Shown here piece after piece: positions 17,047 to 25,566 of a DNA stretch of 39,732 bases (position 1 is the first letter of the stretch; each line of letters opens with the position of its first letter). This DNA is from a virus. Its lineage: Duplodnaviria; Caudoviricetes. The position numbers and the translations under genes were made by a program. The stretch lies in IMG/VR virus record IMGVR_UViG_3300009068_004212, positions 1-39,732 of that record; one strand, 5' to 3'. The notes below the pieces were generated by a model, which saw only the letters and a list, made by a program, of their open reading frames with translations, made no database searches and was not told the DNA's origin.

Positions 17047-18207
17047 ATGAAAGCTGACCGCAAAGCCGTTCTTGATATGCTCACCGCATATCAAGCTGAA
17101 AAGGGAGAGAGTACCATCTCCCGCACCGAACTCCTCAACCTGTGCGCCGCCAAGGGTATCAATGTCCCTCAGTGGTTCACTAACGAACCTCAGTATCGCG
17201 CTGGTCGCGGTGTCTATCAGTTGCCTTCTGCTGGTGCTCCCGCGATGGTTGCCCAGGTGATTCCGATGGCGCCTGCTGCTCCGCAAGTGAAGCAGATGGC
17301 CACGCTCATGAGTGACCTGTCCGCTGAATGCTCCATCCCTGAGGTGTACTTCAATTACATTCCGTTCGGAAACTTTGACAAAATCAAAGCCATTGTGACT
17401 TCCAAGCGGTTTTTCCCGACGTTCATCACCGGTCCTTCTGGCAACGGTAAGACGATGGCAGTAGAACAGGCTTGTGCCCAAGCGGGTCGCGAGTTCGTTC
17501 CCGTGTCCATGACTGACGAGACTGACGAGGGCGACCTGATTGGTAATTACGTCCTGCTGGATGGCTCCATGGTGTGGCGTGATGGTCCTGTGACTGTTGC
17601 CGCTCGTAAGGGCGCGGTGCTGCTGATCGATGAAATCGACTACGGCTCCAAGAACCTGTCCTGTCTCCAGCGTGTCCTTGAGGGCAAGCCCTTCCTTCTG
17701 AAAAAGAAAAACGAAATGGTTGTCCCTGCTGAAGGCTTCAATGTGATTGCCACGGCTAACACCAAGGGTCAGGGTTCTGATTCTGGCAAGTACATGTACA
17801 CCAACATTCTTAACGAAGCCTTCCTTGAGCGATTCCCGATTACGCTGGAACAGCCCTGGGCTCCTAAGGCTATCGAGGTGAAAATTCTCAAGGGTGAATT
17901 GAAGGCTGTTGGTGTGAATGATGATGCCTTCGCTAAGGAACTGGTCGAGTGGGCAGATACGATTCGTAAGACTTACGAGGATGGTGGTATCGAGGAAGTG
18001 GTCTCCACTCGCCGACTCGTCCACATCATCAAGGCTTACGGAATCTTTAACGATAAGGCTTTCGCCGTCGAGAAGTGCCTGAGTCGTTATGATGCTGAAA
18101 CCAAGGCTTCCTTCCTCGACCTTTTCGCGAAGGTGACCTCTGATGCTTCCTTCGGTGGTCAGCCTGAACCCACTGTCGCGAGTGAATCGACGGAGATGCC
18201 TTACTAA
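17047..18207 (+). CDS. cobS: CobS-like MoxR-family AAA+ ATPase
   Basis: Walker A GPSGNGKT, Walker B LLIDEID, TANTKG, AFLERF, STRRL. Confidence 0.88.
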   Translation: MKADRKAVLDMLTAYQAEKGESTISRTELLNLCAAKGINVPQWFTNEPQYRAGRGVYQLPSAGAPAMVAQVIPMAPAAPQVKQMATLMSDLSAECSIPEVYFNYIPFGNFDKIKAIVTSKRFFPTFITGPSGNGKTMAVEQACAQAGREFVPVSMTDETDEGDLIGNYVLLDGSMVWRDGPVTVAARKGAVLLIDEIDYGSKNLSCLQRVLEGKPFLLKKKNEMVVPAEGFNVIATANTKGQGSDSGKYMYTNILNEAFLERFPITLEQPWAPKAIEVKILKGELKAVGVNDDAFAKELVEWADTIRKTYEDGGIEEVVSTRRLVHIIKAYGIFNDKAFAVEKCLSRYDAETKASFLDLFAKVTSDASFGGQPEPTVASESTEMPY

Positions 18208-18219
18208 AAGGAAAAGATG

Positions 18220-18250
18220 AGGGCTGGGTATTGAAAGCCTAGCCCTTTCT
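18220..18250 (+). terminator. putative intrinsic terminator
   Basis: AGGGCTGGG/CCTAGCCCT stem then TTCT after cobS. Confidence 0.5.
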
Positions 18251-18287
18251 CACTACACTAATTCAAATATTAAAAAATGAGTTGAAA

Positions 18288-18638
18288 ATGCCACGTTCGA
18301 AAAAAAGTTCTGCTGTTCAATACGAAAAGGTTCTCCAGATTCTGGTGACCAATCCTCCTGTTGGTCCAGCTGGGCGCATTGTTCCTGTTGCCGAAATTCA
18401 GGAGGTTCTCAGTAATCAGATCCAGCTGGCTCGCATGAGCGTTTACATTTATGAAATCAAAAAGGCTGGAATCCCACTACGCCCCATCCGTGACGGTAAG
18501 AAAGTGATTGCCTACCAGCTGCCCTTTGTGTACATGGGAATTGACTATCTAAGCAAGCGCGGAATGTACATTCACGTTCCGAAGGCTGTTCCAAAAGAAA
18601 TTCTTAAGAATGAGGTGACCGCCGATGAAGTCGAATGA
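18288..18638 (+). CDS. hypothetical protein (possible wHTH, T4-like RDGKKVIAYQL family)
   Basis: Clean ORF; start uncertain. Confidence 0.6.
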   Translation: MPRSKKSSAVQYEKVLQILVTNPPVGPAGRIVPVAEIQEVLSNQIQLARMSVYIYEIKKAGIPLRPIRDGKKVIAYQLPFVYMGIDYLSKRGMYIHVPKAVPKEILKNEVTADEVE

Positions 18639-18711
18639 TGAACTCAAGGAATTGGTTAAAGCCCTTGATGAAATTTTGAATAAAATTCTTTTACGATTAG
18701 AGTCCTTCTGA
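18625..18711 (+). CDS. 28-aa amphipathic peptide whose stop codon lies in the ribozyme core
   Basis: GAGGTG RBS; MKSNDELKELVKALDEILNKILLRLESF. Confidence 0.4.
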   Translation: MKSNDELKELVKALDEILNKILLRLESF

Positions 18712-18785
18712 TGAGCCTTCACTAGGCGAAACTTGGAATTCCTTTGTGAGGCATTCTGGATGCTTCAGGAATTCAAGTCAAGGAC
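18702..18785 (+). ncRNA. type I hammerhead ribozyme
   Basis: Stem I GTCCTT/AAGGAC, CTGATGA core 18708-18714, stem II GCCT/AGGC, GAAA 18728-18731, long stem III, GTC cleavage triplet 18777-18779. Confidence 0.88.
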
Positions 18786-18788
18786 ACG

Positions 18789-19166
18789 CACCGAGACCTT
18801 GTGGTGTATCGGTGACGCGGGAAATGTCCCAGGAAGAATGTAGAAATGAGAGTCTTGTCGGAGTTGATCGCCCGCCCTCTCATAGGAAAAGCATTCTTAA
18901 ACCACACTCATTCATCACCGAACGTGCTGGATAGCATCCAGCTAGTGTGCGCCCGCATGATGAGAAGCCATGTTGCAGTGGCGGGGCCTTACCCTTAGGC
19001 AGCGAAGGGCGGTAGCAACCCGAGAGTTTCCTGTGGCCGGGAAGAGGATGGTAGGGCTGGAAGAAGGTAGGTAAGTTGATGGTATCGAAGGGCAGGGCAC
19101 CCAGACCCGGGAACCAGATGAGGCGAACCTATTGGACAGTCTATAGAACCTCCGCACAGGGAAAGC
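18789..19166 (+). ncRNA. unidentified GC-rich structured non-coding region
   Basis: Many nested helices, no credible ORF, between the ribozyme and module B. Confidence 0.55.
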
Positions 19167-19173
19167 ACTTAAA

Positions 19174-19405
19174 AATCAATGACTTACAAAAACACGCAAT
19201 GTGTTCACTCCAGACGACTTTTCCAATGAAATCAAGCACTTACGGAAAATCTGCCGAATGTAATCCATCGAGCAGGGTGTAGAGTCGCTAGAATTCAAAA
19301 TCCAAGCACTTTTCCTTTTTTCCCTTTCAAATCAATCAGTTTCCATATCTTATTGAATTCTTAAGAATTCTTTTTATAGAAAAGATTCTTTTCTTTTCTT
19401 AAAAT
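19174..19405 (+). repeat. intergenic module B
   Basis: Boxes 19174, 19230, 19330, 19346; core TGCCGAATGTAAT; -10 TAAAAT 19400. Confidence 0.8.
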
Positions 19406-19436
19406 TGCATTGTCGAATTCATAGAGAGAAGCCAAA

Positions 19437-19592
19437 ATGATTTTTGTCCAAAGCCAAGCCAACGGGTTGTTCTGGAACGGTGTTGCCTTTGCTGCTCCGT
19501 TTGCCGAAGCCCTTCCCGTGACGACTAAAATCGGCCAGTACCTTGCCTGGATGAGCAATGCGATTGCCATTCAGATTACCGTTGACGGCTAA
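19437..19592 (+). CDS. hypothetical protein (51 aa)
   Basis: ORF after module B promoter; codon style like neighbours. Confidence 0.55.
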   Translation: MIFVQSQANGLFWNGVAFAAPFAEALPVTTKIGQYLAWMSNAIAIQITVDG

Positions 19593-19638
19593 TCGGAATT
19601 CTTTTACAATTGTTCCGTTGCCTAAAGAGAAATAATTC

Positions 19639-20151
19639 ATGAGCCTTGCCTCTCGAAAGTCCGAAATCGAAGCCAAAGTCAAAGCTCTGGTTTCCAAAAT
19701 CGAATCCCAGTTCGGTATCAAAGTCCCTCCAATCGCCGTCAAGTTCAACTTGCGCGGTGCTGCTGCTGGATGGGCTCGCGTGAGCAGGAGCGGTGAATAC
19801 TCGCTCCGCTTCAATACTGACATGATGATGAACGAAAGCTGGGACCATCTGTTTAACGATACCGTTCCGCATGAGGTTGCCCATCTGATTGGCTATCGCA
19901 TGGGCCACGGGATGAACCATGGTAGAGAGTGGCGCTCCCTTTGCATCCGACTGGGTGGTACTGGAAAGCGGTGCCATAACGAGCAGGTGACCTACGCGAA
20001 GGGCTCGACGTATGAATATAAGACCACAACGGGTCGAGCGGTCATCATCAGCCAGATTCGCCACAACCGAGTCCAGCGCCAAGGTGAAGTCTACCGCTGG
20101 CGCGATGGTTCTAAAATTGATAGCACCTGCGCCTTCAAAAAGGTTGCATAA
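19639..20151 (+). CDS. SprT-like zinc metalloprotease
   Basis: LRGAAAGWA, LRFN, TVPHEVAH, HGREW. Confidence 0.88.
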   Translation: MSLASRKSEIEAKVKALVSKIESQFGIKVPPIAVKFNLRGAAAGWARVSRSGEYSLRFNTDMMMNESWDHLFNDTVPHEVAHLIGYRMGHGMNHGREWRSLCIRLGGTGKRCHNEQVTYAKGSTYEYKTTTGRAVIISQIRHNRVQRQGEVYRWRDGSKIDSTCAFKKVA

Positions 20152-20201
20152 GAATTCCAATTCGACTAAGCTGTCCCTGTCAAAACAAAAAGGAAACGAA
20201 A

Positions 20202-20393
20202 ATGGAAATGATTCCCGCATATGAAGCCGCTCTGAAATCCCACGACTGGTACTACTCCATGTCCGACGATGGTCGCTACTACCGCAAAGGGTTGGCGGAA
20301 TCTGTCGCTATTGCCGAGCTGAAGATCAAGCTCCATGCTGCTGGTCTGGGTGAACTCGCGGACGAGTTGTATCTGAAATACATGCCGAAGTAA
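20202..20393 (+). CDS. conserved phage hypothetical protein
   Basis: LKSHDWYYSMSDD motif; RBS. Confidence 0.7.
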   Translation: MEMIPAYEAALKSHDWYYSMSDDGRYYRKGLAESVAIAELKIKLHAAGLGELADELYLKYMPK

Positions 20394-20456
20394 TAGTTGA
20401 CAGAAAGTTTTCCTTTCTCTAAGATATTCATACTGAAAACGCGAAGGAGATTCCAA

Positions 20457-20807
20457 ATGGCCTATATGAACCAAGAAAAGAAAGCTCTGATTGCCCCCGC
20501 CGTGAAGGCGATTCTTAAGAAATATAAGATGAAGGGGACACTGAGCGTTCACAATTACTCGACGCTCTGCCTGAACATCAAGAGCGGTCCGATTCAGTTC
20601 TCCGAAGACGGCAAGCCGATTGATGTGAATCCGTACTGGTTCCATGAACACTATTCGGGCAAAGCGCTCAAGTTCCTCAAGGAAATTTTTGCCGCGATGA
20701 ATGCCGGGAACCACGACAAGTCCGAATCGCAGTATGATTACTTTGACGTTGGCTGGTACGTTCGCGTGAATGTCGGCCAGTGGAACAAACCCTACGTTAA
20801 GATTTAA
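20457..20807 (+). CDS. conserved phage hypothetical protein
   Basis: MAYMNQEKKA...DYFDVGWY...GQWNKPY; AAGGAG RBS. Confidence 0.75.
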   Translation: MAYMNQEKKALIAPAVKAILKKYKMKGTLSVHNYSTLCLNIKSGPIQFSEDGKPIDVNPYWFHEHYSGKALKFLKEIFAAMNAGNHDKSESQYDYFDVGWYVRVNVGQWNKPYVKI

Positions 20808-20818
20808 GGAGAGACCTA

Positions 20819-21028
20819 ATGAGTTCACCGATTCCCTCACTGGTTGAACAGCTCGATCAAGCTGATTCCTCGGCCTTTGTCGCTATGCTTTTCACTGCGA
20901 CCAAGGAAGGCAAGCTGACCAAAAGGCAGTTCGCCGACCTGATGGAACTATTCGCCACTTATTGCTCCGGGGCTGGTCAATATATTTTTGACTACAAGGT
21001 CCGAGCGATTCTCGCAAAAGTTAAGTAA
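20819..21028 (+). CDS. hypothetical protein
   Basis: AAGGAG RBS. Confidence 0.65.
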   Translation: MSSPIPSLVEQLDQADSSAFVAMLFTATKEGKLTKRQFADLMELFATYCSGAGQYIFDYKVRAILAKVK

Positions 21029-21259
21029 ATCAATCACTTACGACTCTCCGAGGAACATTCACTCGGAGAGTTTTTTTTAATCTTTTCAATCACTTACCGA
21101 AAATCTGCCGCAGGAAACTTTTCTCGCAAGGTCTAGACTCGCGAAACTCTGGATTCCGATGCTTTTTCTCTCTTTTCATTGAAAAACAATCAATTGGAAT
21201 AAGTCATTGAATTCTTAAGAATTCTTTTTATAGAAAAGATTCTTTTCTTTTCTTAAACT
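21028..21259 (+). repeat. intergenic module C
   Basis: Boxes 21028, 21084, 21184, 21200; -10 TAAACT 21254. Confidence 0.8.
21043..21078 (+). terminator. intrinsic terminator inside module C
   Basis: ACTCTCCGAG/CTCGGAGAGT 10-bp stem followed by T-run. Confidence 0.75.
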
Positions 21260-21265
21260 GGCCGC

Positions 21266-21790
21266 ATGAAAAAAGAAATCAAAATTCCTGAAGCCAAGAA
21301 AATCACTTGCACTCGCTGCCGAGGCAAAGGTTATTTGTCGGGTTGCGTAGTAGTCTACTACGGTGCGCCTGGAACCTGCTTTATGTGCGACGGTCGTGGT
21401 GAAATCTGGGCTGACAAATTCCATCGAGTTTACGGAGTCGGTAAGAAATTCTTCGGACTCACTTCGGTGGTGTTTTATAACGAAGGCAATCCGAACAACG
21501 GTGTCTTCAAGAAAATTCTTTCCGAAAAAGAAATCAAAGTGCTTGAGAAGGAAGGTCGCTGGGATACCAAAGTGATTTTCCGCTGGGTTGAAATTACCGA
21601 AGTTCAAGCGCGGCAATTCTTCAAGACTTACAAGGAACAGCATGGCTACGGCGTTCAGGTATCAAAGGATATTCTATCCGATCCGATGGGCCAGCAATTG
21701 CTTGATGAGCGAGCCGCTGAACGCCAGCGCATGAGGGATGAATCTGCTGCTCGGAAAAAAGTGCTTGCAAACCTTTCCGAGCAAGGTTAA
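21266..21790 (+). CDS. protein with DnaJ-type CxxCxGxG zinc finger; likely leaderless
   Basis: CTRCRGKG, CFMCDGRG; ATG 6 nt after TAAACT, no RBS. Confidence 0.7.
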   Translation: MKKEIKIPEAKKITCTRCRGKGYLSGCVVVYYGAPGTCFMCDGRGEIWADKFHRVYGVGKKFFGLTSVVFYNEGNPNNGVFKKILSEKEIKVLEKEGRWDTKVIFRWVEITEVQARQFFKTYKEQHGYGVQVSKDILSDPMGQQLLDERAAERQRMRDESAARKKVLANLSEQG

Positions 21791-21825
21791 ACTAACAGCA
21801 TAGAAAACAGAGAGAGAAAAGCGCG

Positions 21826-22026
21826 ATGATTGTCACTAATGATTATGATTTTACCTACTGCCAGCTTGCTGGTCTTTACAAGCGCATTACCACCTCGGGG
21901 TCTACTCGCGAGGGTTTCAAATCCTACTGGTTAGTTGAAGAAGGTGAGTTCACGACTGAGCAGGTTGAAGAATTCGCTATCGCCTTTTATACCGCTTATA
22001 ACAAAATGTTTCCGGGAACCTTTTAA
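21826..22026 (+). CDS. hypothetical protein
   Basis: ORF after TAAACTAACAGC promoter. Confidence 0.6.
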   Translation: MIVTNDYDFTYCQLAGLYKRITTSGSTREGFKSYWLVEEGEFTTEQVEEFAIAFYTAYNKMFPGTF

Positions 22027-22036
22027 GGAGAACATC

Positions 22037-22243
22037 ATGACTCTTACCAAACGCACCGCTGCCGCTATGAAAAAATACAGTTTGTACACTTGCCTCGAAG
22101 CGTATGAGGAAAGCCTTCGCGGAGAAGGCGCTTACACCATTAGCTGTACGGTGAAGGGAATTCGCGAGGGTTGCACTCGTCAAGCTGATGCCGCGATTAA
22201 TGCGGGCGAGGAAATTTACAAGTTCCTCGAAGCCAAGATATAA
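22037..22243 (+). CDS. hypothetical protein
   Basis: AAGGAG RBS before ATG 22037. Confidence 0.65.
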   Translation: MTLTKRTAAAMKKYSLYTCLEAYEESLRGEGAYTISCTVKGIREGCTRQADAAINAGEEIYKFLEAKI

Positions 22244-22257
22244 AAAGGAGAACTGTC

Positions 22258-22479
22258 GTGCCGCGTGTTTTGAAGCCCATCCATTTGCGAAAGGGCATGA
22301 TCATATCGGGTTACTCGGGTATGCCTGAGGAGCTTGAAGGATTTTCGTTTTATATTCTCGGAGTAGAATTCAGTAGTGACGGCTCGGTGTGGGTTTCGGG
22401 AAACAGAATTGGTTTTGAAGCACCAGCGGACGATGAGCTTTACTTTTACGACTTCACCTACGTTAAAGTCTCTAATTAA
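22258..22479 (+). CDS. hypothetical protein, paralog of 26780-27004
   Basis: AAGGAG + GTG; GM.I...FY...VEF..D...V.GN shared. Confidence 0.65.
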   Translation: MPRVLKPIHLRKGMIISGYSGMPEELEGFSFYILGVEFSSDGSVWVSGNRIGFEAPADDELYFYDFTYVKVSN

Positions 22480-22548
22480 AATTGTTGCAAAACGGAATTT
22501 GTTTCACTACACTAGCAGCATGAAATTTGAAAGCAAAAGGAACTAGCC

Positions 22549-22737
22549 ATGCAGACTCGTATGAAATACATCCGCGAAAAAATTGAGGATGTGATTGTCA
22601 CTGAAGGATTCAGAGAGTGTAGTGCGCTTGTAGAAAAACTTGAGAGGTATTCAAGAATTGATGATGAACTTTCAGCATCTGGCTTTGCGAAATTGCCCGC
22701 TACTCCCGAATGGATTCTTGAAATCGAATCTAAGTAA
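22549..22737 (+). CDS. hypothetical protein
   Basis: AAGGA RBS. Confidence 0.6.
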   Translation: MQTRMKYIREKIEDVIVTEGFRECSALVEKLERYSRIDDELSASGFAKLPATPEWILEIESK

Positions 22738-22753
22738 GAAAGGAATTTAAGAA

Positions 22754-22963
22754 ATGAATGTCAAAATCAAAATCTCGACAGGCGCTCGGCATAATGCTTT
22801 TGTTTTCAATACCACGTTGGATGCGTTTTTTGCCGACAATCCTAATGTGGAGCATAAGCGGGAAAATATCGTGCATGATCTGAAGACTTATGGTGATGCT
22901 CGGATTGATATTCCTGGTGCTGGTTCCTCTGCCCCTTCAGCTTTTCTGGTGTTAATTCCTTAG
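22754..22963 (+). CDS. hypothetical protein, tandem paralog of the next gene
   Basis: FVFNTTLDAFFADNPNV. Confidence 0.65.
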   Translation: MNVKIKISTGARHNAFVFNTTLDAFFADNPNVEHKRENIVHDLKTYGDARIDIPGAGSSAPSAFLVLIP

Positions 22964-22970
22964 GAAAAAA

Positions 22971-23162
22971 ATGATTATCAACGCTAAAGTCTCAGGTTTT
23001 GAATTCCAGACCACGCTCGAAAAGTTTCTTTTTGAGAATCCGAATCTTAAGATTCAGAAGTTTCAGATTGAAAATGATTTGCTGCTCAAGGGAGTTTCGA
23101 TCATTCCCGAGGCAAATCCTTATCGCGGCACTGCATGTTTTCTTACGTTAATTGGAGAATAA
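22971..23162 (+). CDS. hypothetical protein, tandem paralog of the previous gene
   Basis: FEFQTTLEKFLFENPNL. Confidence 0.65.
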   Translation: MIINAKVSGFEFQTTLEKFLFENPNLKIQKFQIENDLLLKGVSIIPEANPYRGTACFLTLIGE

Positions 23163-23165
23163 AAA

Positions 23166-23468
23166 ATGCATAAGAAACACTCACTCTTAAAAGAAAGACT
23201 CCTCAGAGAAATCGCGAGCGACTGGCGTTACCTGGTGGGGGAATATGGATATGATGCAGTCATGAGCAAGGTGAATTCCTTCATGGAAACCTATGCACTC
23301 TATTCGGCGGCTTATGAATGCGAACCAGGTTCAGAGACCGATGAGGATGTAAAGAAGTGGGTGAAGCATATTGCTGAATGCTCGGAGTTTCGAGAGTTGA
23401 AGCGAAAGCGGGATGAGGAAGTCAATAGATTTGTCTGTGAATCGTTAGGAATCAATCACTTACCATAA
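23166..23468 (+). CDS. hypothetical protein
   Basis: GGAG RBS. Confidence 0.6.
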   Translation: MHKKHSLLKERLLREIASDWRYLVGEYGYDAVMSKVNSFMETYALYSAAYECEPGSETDEDVKKWVKHIAECSEFRELKRKRDEEVNRFVCESLGINHLP

Positions 23469-23531
23469 GTCGCTGATTTTTATTGAATTGTTTTTCTTTT
23501 CTTATTTGATTCTTTTTCTTAAACTAACAGC

Positions 23532-23810
23532 ATGAAATTTGAACAGAAAAAGGAAATCCTGATGACCCTTACGCTCACCCACTTTCACAATTCGATTATC
23601 CGCAACTGGAATTACGCCCACACCATGGCGTGCAATGCTTACCGCAATCGCGATATGGAGACCGTGAATGCGATTGTCGAGGCGATGGAGATTCGCGCTT
23701 TTTCGATGGAGAATCTCGACCGGCAAGCCGTTGTGGAAGATGAGCTTAGGCTTTGCATCAAGGTTCGTGATATTCTCATGAACGAACTGGGTTATACTTA
23801 CTGCGCTTAA
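23532..23810 (+). CDS. hypothetical protein (alternative RBS-led start 23562)
   Basis: ATG 6 nt after TAAACT; in-frame second ATG with AAGGA. Confidence 0.6.
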   Translation: MKFEQKKEILMTLTLTHFHNSIIRNWNYAHTMACNAYRNRDMETVNAIVEAMEIRAFSMENLDRQAVVEDELRLCIKVRDILMNELGYTYCA

Positions 23811-23832
23811 AATCTAATTGAGGAAATTCAAA

Positions 23833-24081
23833 ATGGAAAAACTTGATATGATTATGATTGGTGACCGAGTGCGCTACGAGTCTGCTGCTGGCACGATTCG
23901 CGGTGAAGTGAAGAGTATTTACCTCGCAAAAAACCTTGCGAATCAGCTTATCCCGTGGCTGATGATTGAATACGTTTCGCGCTGGGGCGGCCATCTGGAT
24001 ACTGCAACATTCGCTGGCTCTGAGGAGAATCTGGAGATGATGAAATTCCAGGTGAACTTCCGAGACAAAAAAGTCGCTTGA
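23833..24081 (+). CDS. conserved phage hypothetical protein
   Basis: GAGGA RBS; IGDRVRYESAAGTIRGEV. Confidence 0.7.
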   Translation: MEKLDMIMIGDRVRYESAAGTIRGEVKSIYLAKNLANQLIPWLMIEYVSRWGGHLDTATFAGSEENLEMMKFQVNFRDKKVA

Positions 24082-24135
24082 TTTTCTCCTGGAAAGAGAA
24101 TAAGCTACATCCATAGTGAAATTGAGGAGTAAGAA

Positions 24136-24288
24136 ATGAAAAAAGTTTACACCGTGATGATTGAAACCGGCGATTTCCGCTGGGTGTTCGGAAACTTTGA
24201 CAGCCTGGAGGCTGCGACGGAGTGTTCAGAACTCCACAGCGATCAGCCTTATCCTGTCTCGATTAAGATTTCTTACGTTGAAGCCTAA
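24136..24288 (+). CDS. hypothetical protein (50 aa)
   Basis: GAGGAG RBS; below track cut-off. Confidence 0.6.
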   Translation: MKKVYTVMIETGDFRWVFGNFDSLEAATECSELHSDQPYPVSIKISYVEA

Positions 24289-24298
24289 GGAGAATAGA

Positions 24299-24529
24299 AT
24301 GAACTGGAATTTGGAAGGCTCTGTGATTGTGGCGAAATACCTCGGTGAGGTTTCGATTAAGGGTTTGGTTGTCGAAAGCCGCGTCAAATATGGCGGCAAG
24401 GTGCAGCACACGGTTGATCTCGAAACCCCCGTCATTCTCAAGTGGAGAACGGAACCCGTGACTCGGGTGCTCATCGGGGATGAGGAAATTCTTTTCGTTT
24501 TTGACAAGTCGGGCGCGAAAGCGGCGTAA
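24299..24529 (+). CDS. conserved phage hypothetical protein
   Basis: AAGGAG RBS; MNWNLEG...ESRVKYGGKVQHTV. Confidence 0.75.
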   Translation: MNWNLEGSVIVAKYLGEVSIKGLVVESRVKYGGKVQHTVDLETPVILKWRTEPVTRVLIGDEEILFVFDKSGAKAA

Positions 24530-24751
24530 AAGGAGACTAGCATGTACGGAGGCACTGACGATCCTGTATTAAGGGCGCTATGCCTAGTTTGGCTAATTGC
24601 GTTCATTTGCAAAGCATTTGGAATTTTCTAAAAAGAATTTAAGAAAAACAATAATTTACGTTAAGTAATTGATTTCTTTGAATTCTTTTTTCTTTCTTTG
24701 ACGACCGATTCTGTTAATCTATGCTTAATGAAAACGCAAGGGAAAAAACTC

Positions 24752-24988
24752 ATGAACTACCGCTCCGCTGTTATCGATATGGCCGCTCAATGCACCGCCC
24801 AGGAATACAATCTGCCCGCCGACAATGAGTTCCTGGTGCAGGCTGCGGGATACGTGGTTGAGAACTGGTTCGGTGACCTGTATGACTTTAACTGCGAGGC
24901 CGACGCTATGGACGCCCAGGACGAGATCTGCCTCTTGCTCCTCCATGATGTGAAGGAAAAGTATTACACACTGGTCGAACTGGGCTAA
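24752..24988 (+). CDS. hypothetical protein (in-frame upstream ATG 24728)
   Basis: AAGGGA RBS. Confidence 0.6.
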   Translation: MNYRSAVIDMAAQCTAQEYNLPADNEFLVQAAGYVVENWFGDLYDFNCEADAMDAQDEICLLLLHDVKEKYYTLVELG

Positions 24989-25001
24989 AAAAGGAAATAA
25001 C

Positions 25002-25271
25002 ATGACAACCTATGTGATATACGATCCAATGATTCAGTCTTATCTGAAAGGTCCTGGAGGAGGCGATGGCCCTGCAACCAACTGGCGCGAGGCCAAGCAA
25101 TATAAAAGATTGAAGAATGCAATTGATCCATCATGTAGCGCCGGGCTACGCAATAATTTGCGATATAAGCATAATCAGCCTTTTGTGGAGGTTCATGAAT
25201 ACGATACCTCTGGCACATTAGTGCAGACTCATGAGGCGCCGCCTCTATTGATTGAACTTTTTATTATTTGA
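25002..25271 (+). CDS. hypothetical protein
   Basis: AAGGA RBS. Confidence 0.6.
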   Translation: MTTYVIYDPMIQSYLKGPGGGDGPATNWREAKQYKRLKNAIDPSCSAGLRNNLRYKHNQPFVEVHEYDTSGTLVQTHEAPPLLIELFII

Positions 25272-25292
25272 ATTTGATGAGAGGAGAATAGA

Positions 25293-25481
25293 ATGAAATA
25301 TTACATAAACCATCGTTGGGTCGAACCCGTGAATGATCCCCTTCGCGGCAGGTATGAATGGTACGTCACCGATAACATTGGGCGCTGGGTCCACTCTGAA
25401 GCCTTCAACACCGAGGAGAAGGCTCAGAAATTTTTGGCTGGTTTCCTCTTATTGCTACAGGAAATTGAACAAGGATCTTAA
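25293..25481 (+). CDS. hypothetical protein
   Basis: GAGGAG RBS. Confidence 0.6.
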   Translation: MKYYINHRWVEPVNDPLRGRYEWYVTDNIGRWVHSEAFNTEEKAQKFLAGFLLLLQEIEQGS

Positions 25482-25566
25482 GAAAATCAACGACTTACAT
25501 TAAGTGATTGATTTCTTTGAGTTTCTTTTCGTTGTTTTTCTTTTTTGGAATACTTAAACTAACAGC

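Noticed and set aside
17017-18024. 335-aa minus-strand ORF
   Set aside because: Antisense shadow of the CobS-like gene, expected from its biased codon usage
17047-18207. Cobalamin biosynthesis role for cobS
   Set aside because: Phage CobS-like proteins are MoxR AAA+ ATPases; no cobN or other cob genes are present here
18789-19166. RNase P RNA or group I/II intron
   Set aside because: Lacks the GAGGAAAGUCC/CGGCUUA P4 signature and recognisable intron core or interrupted exons
18746-19282. ORFs 18746-18934, 18942-19157 and 19076-19282
   Set aside because: No RBS, atypical composition; the region is better explained by RNA structure and module B
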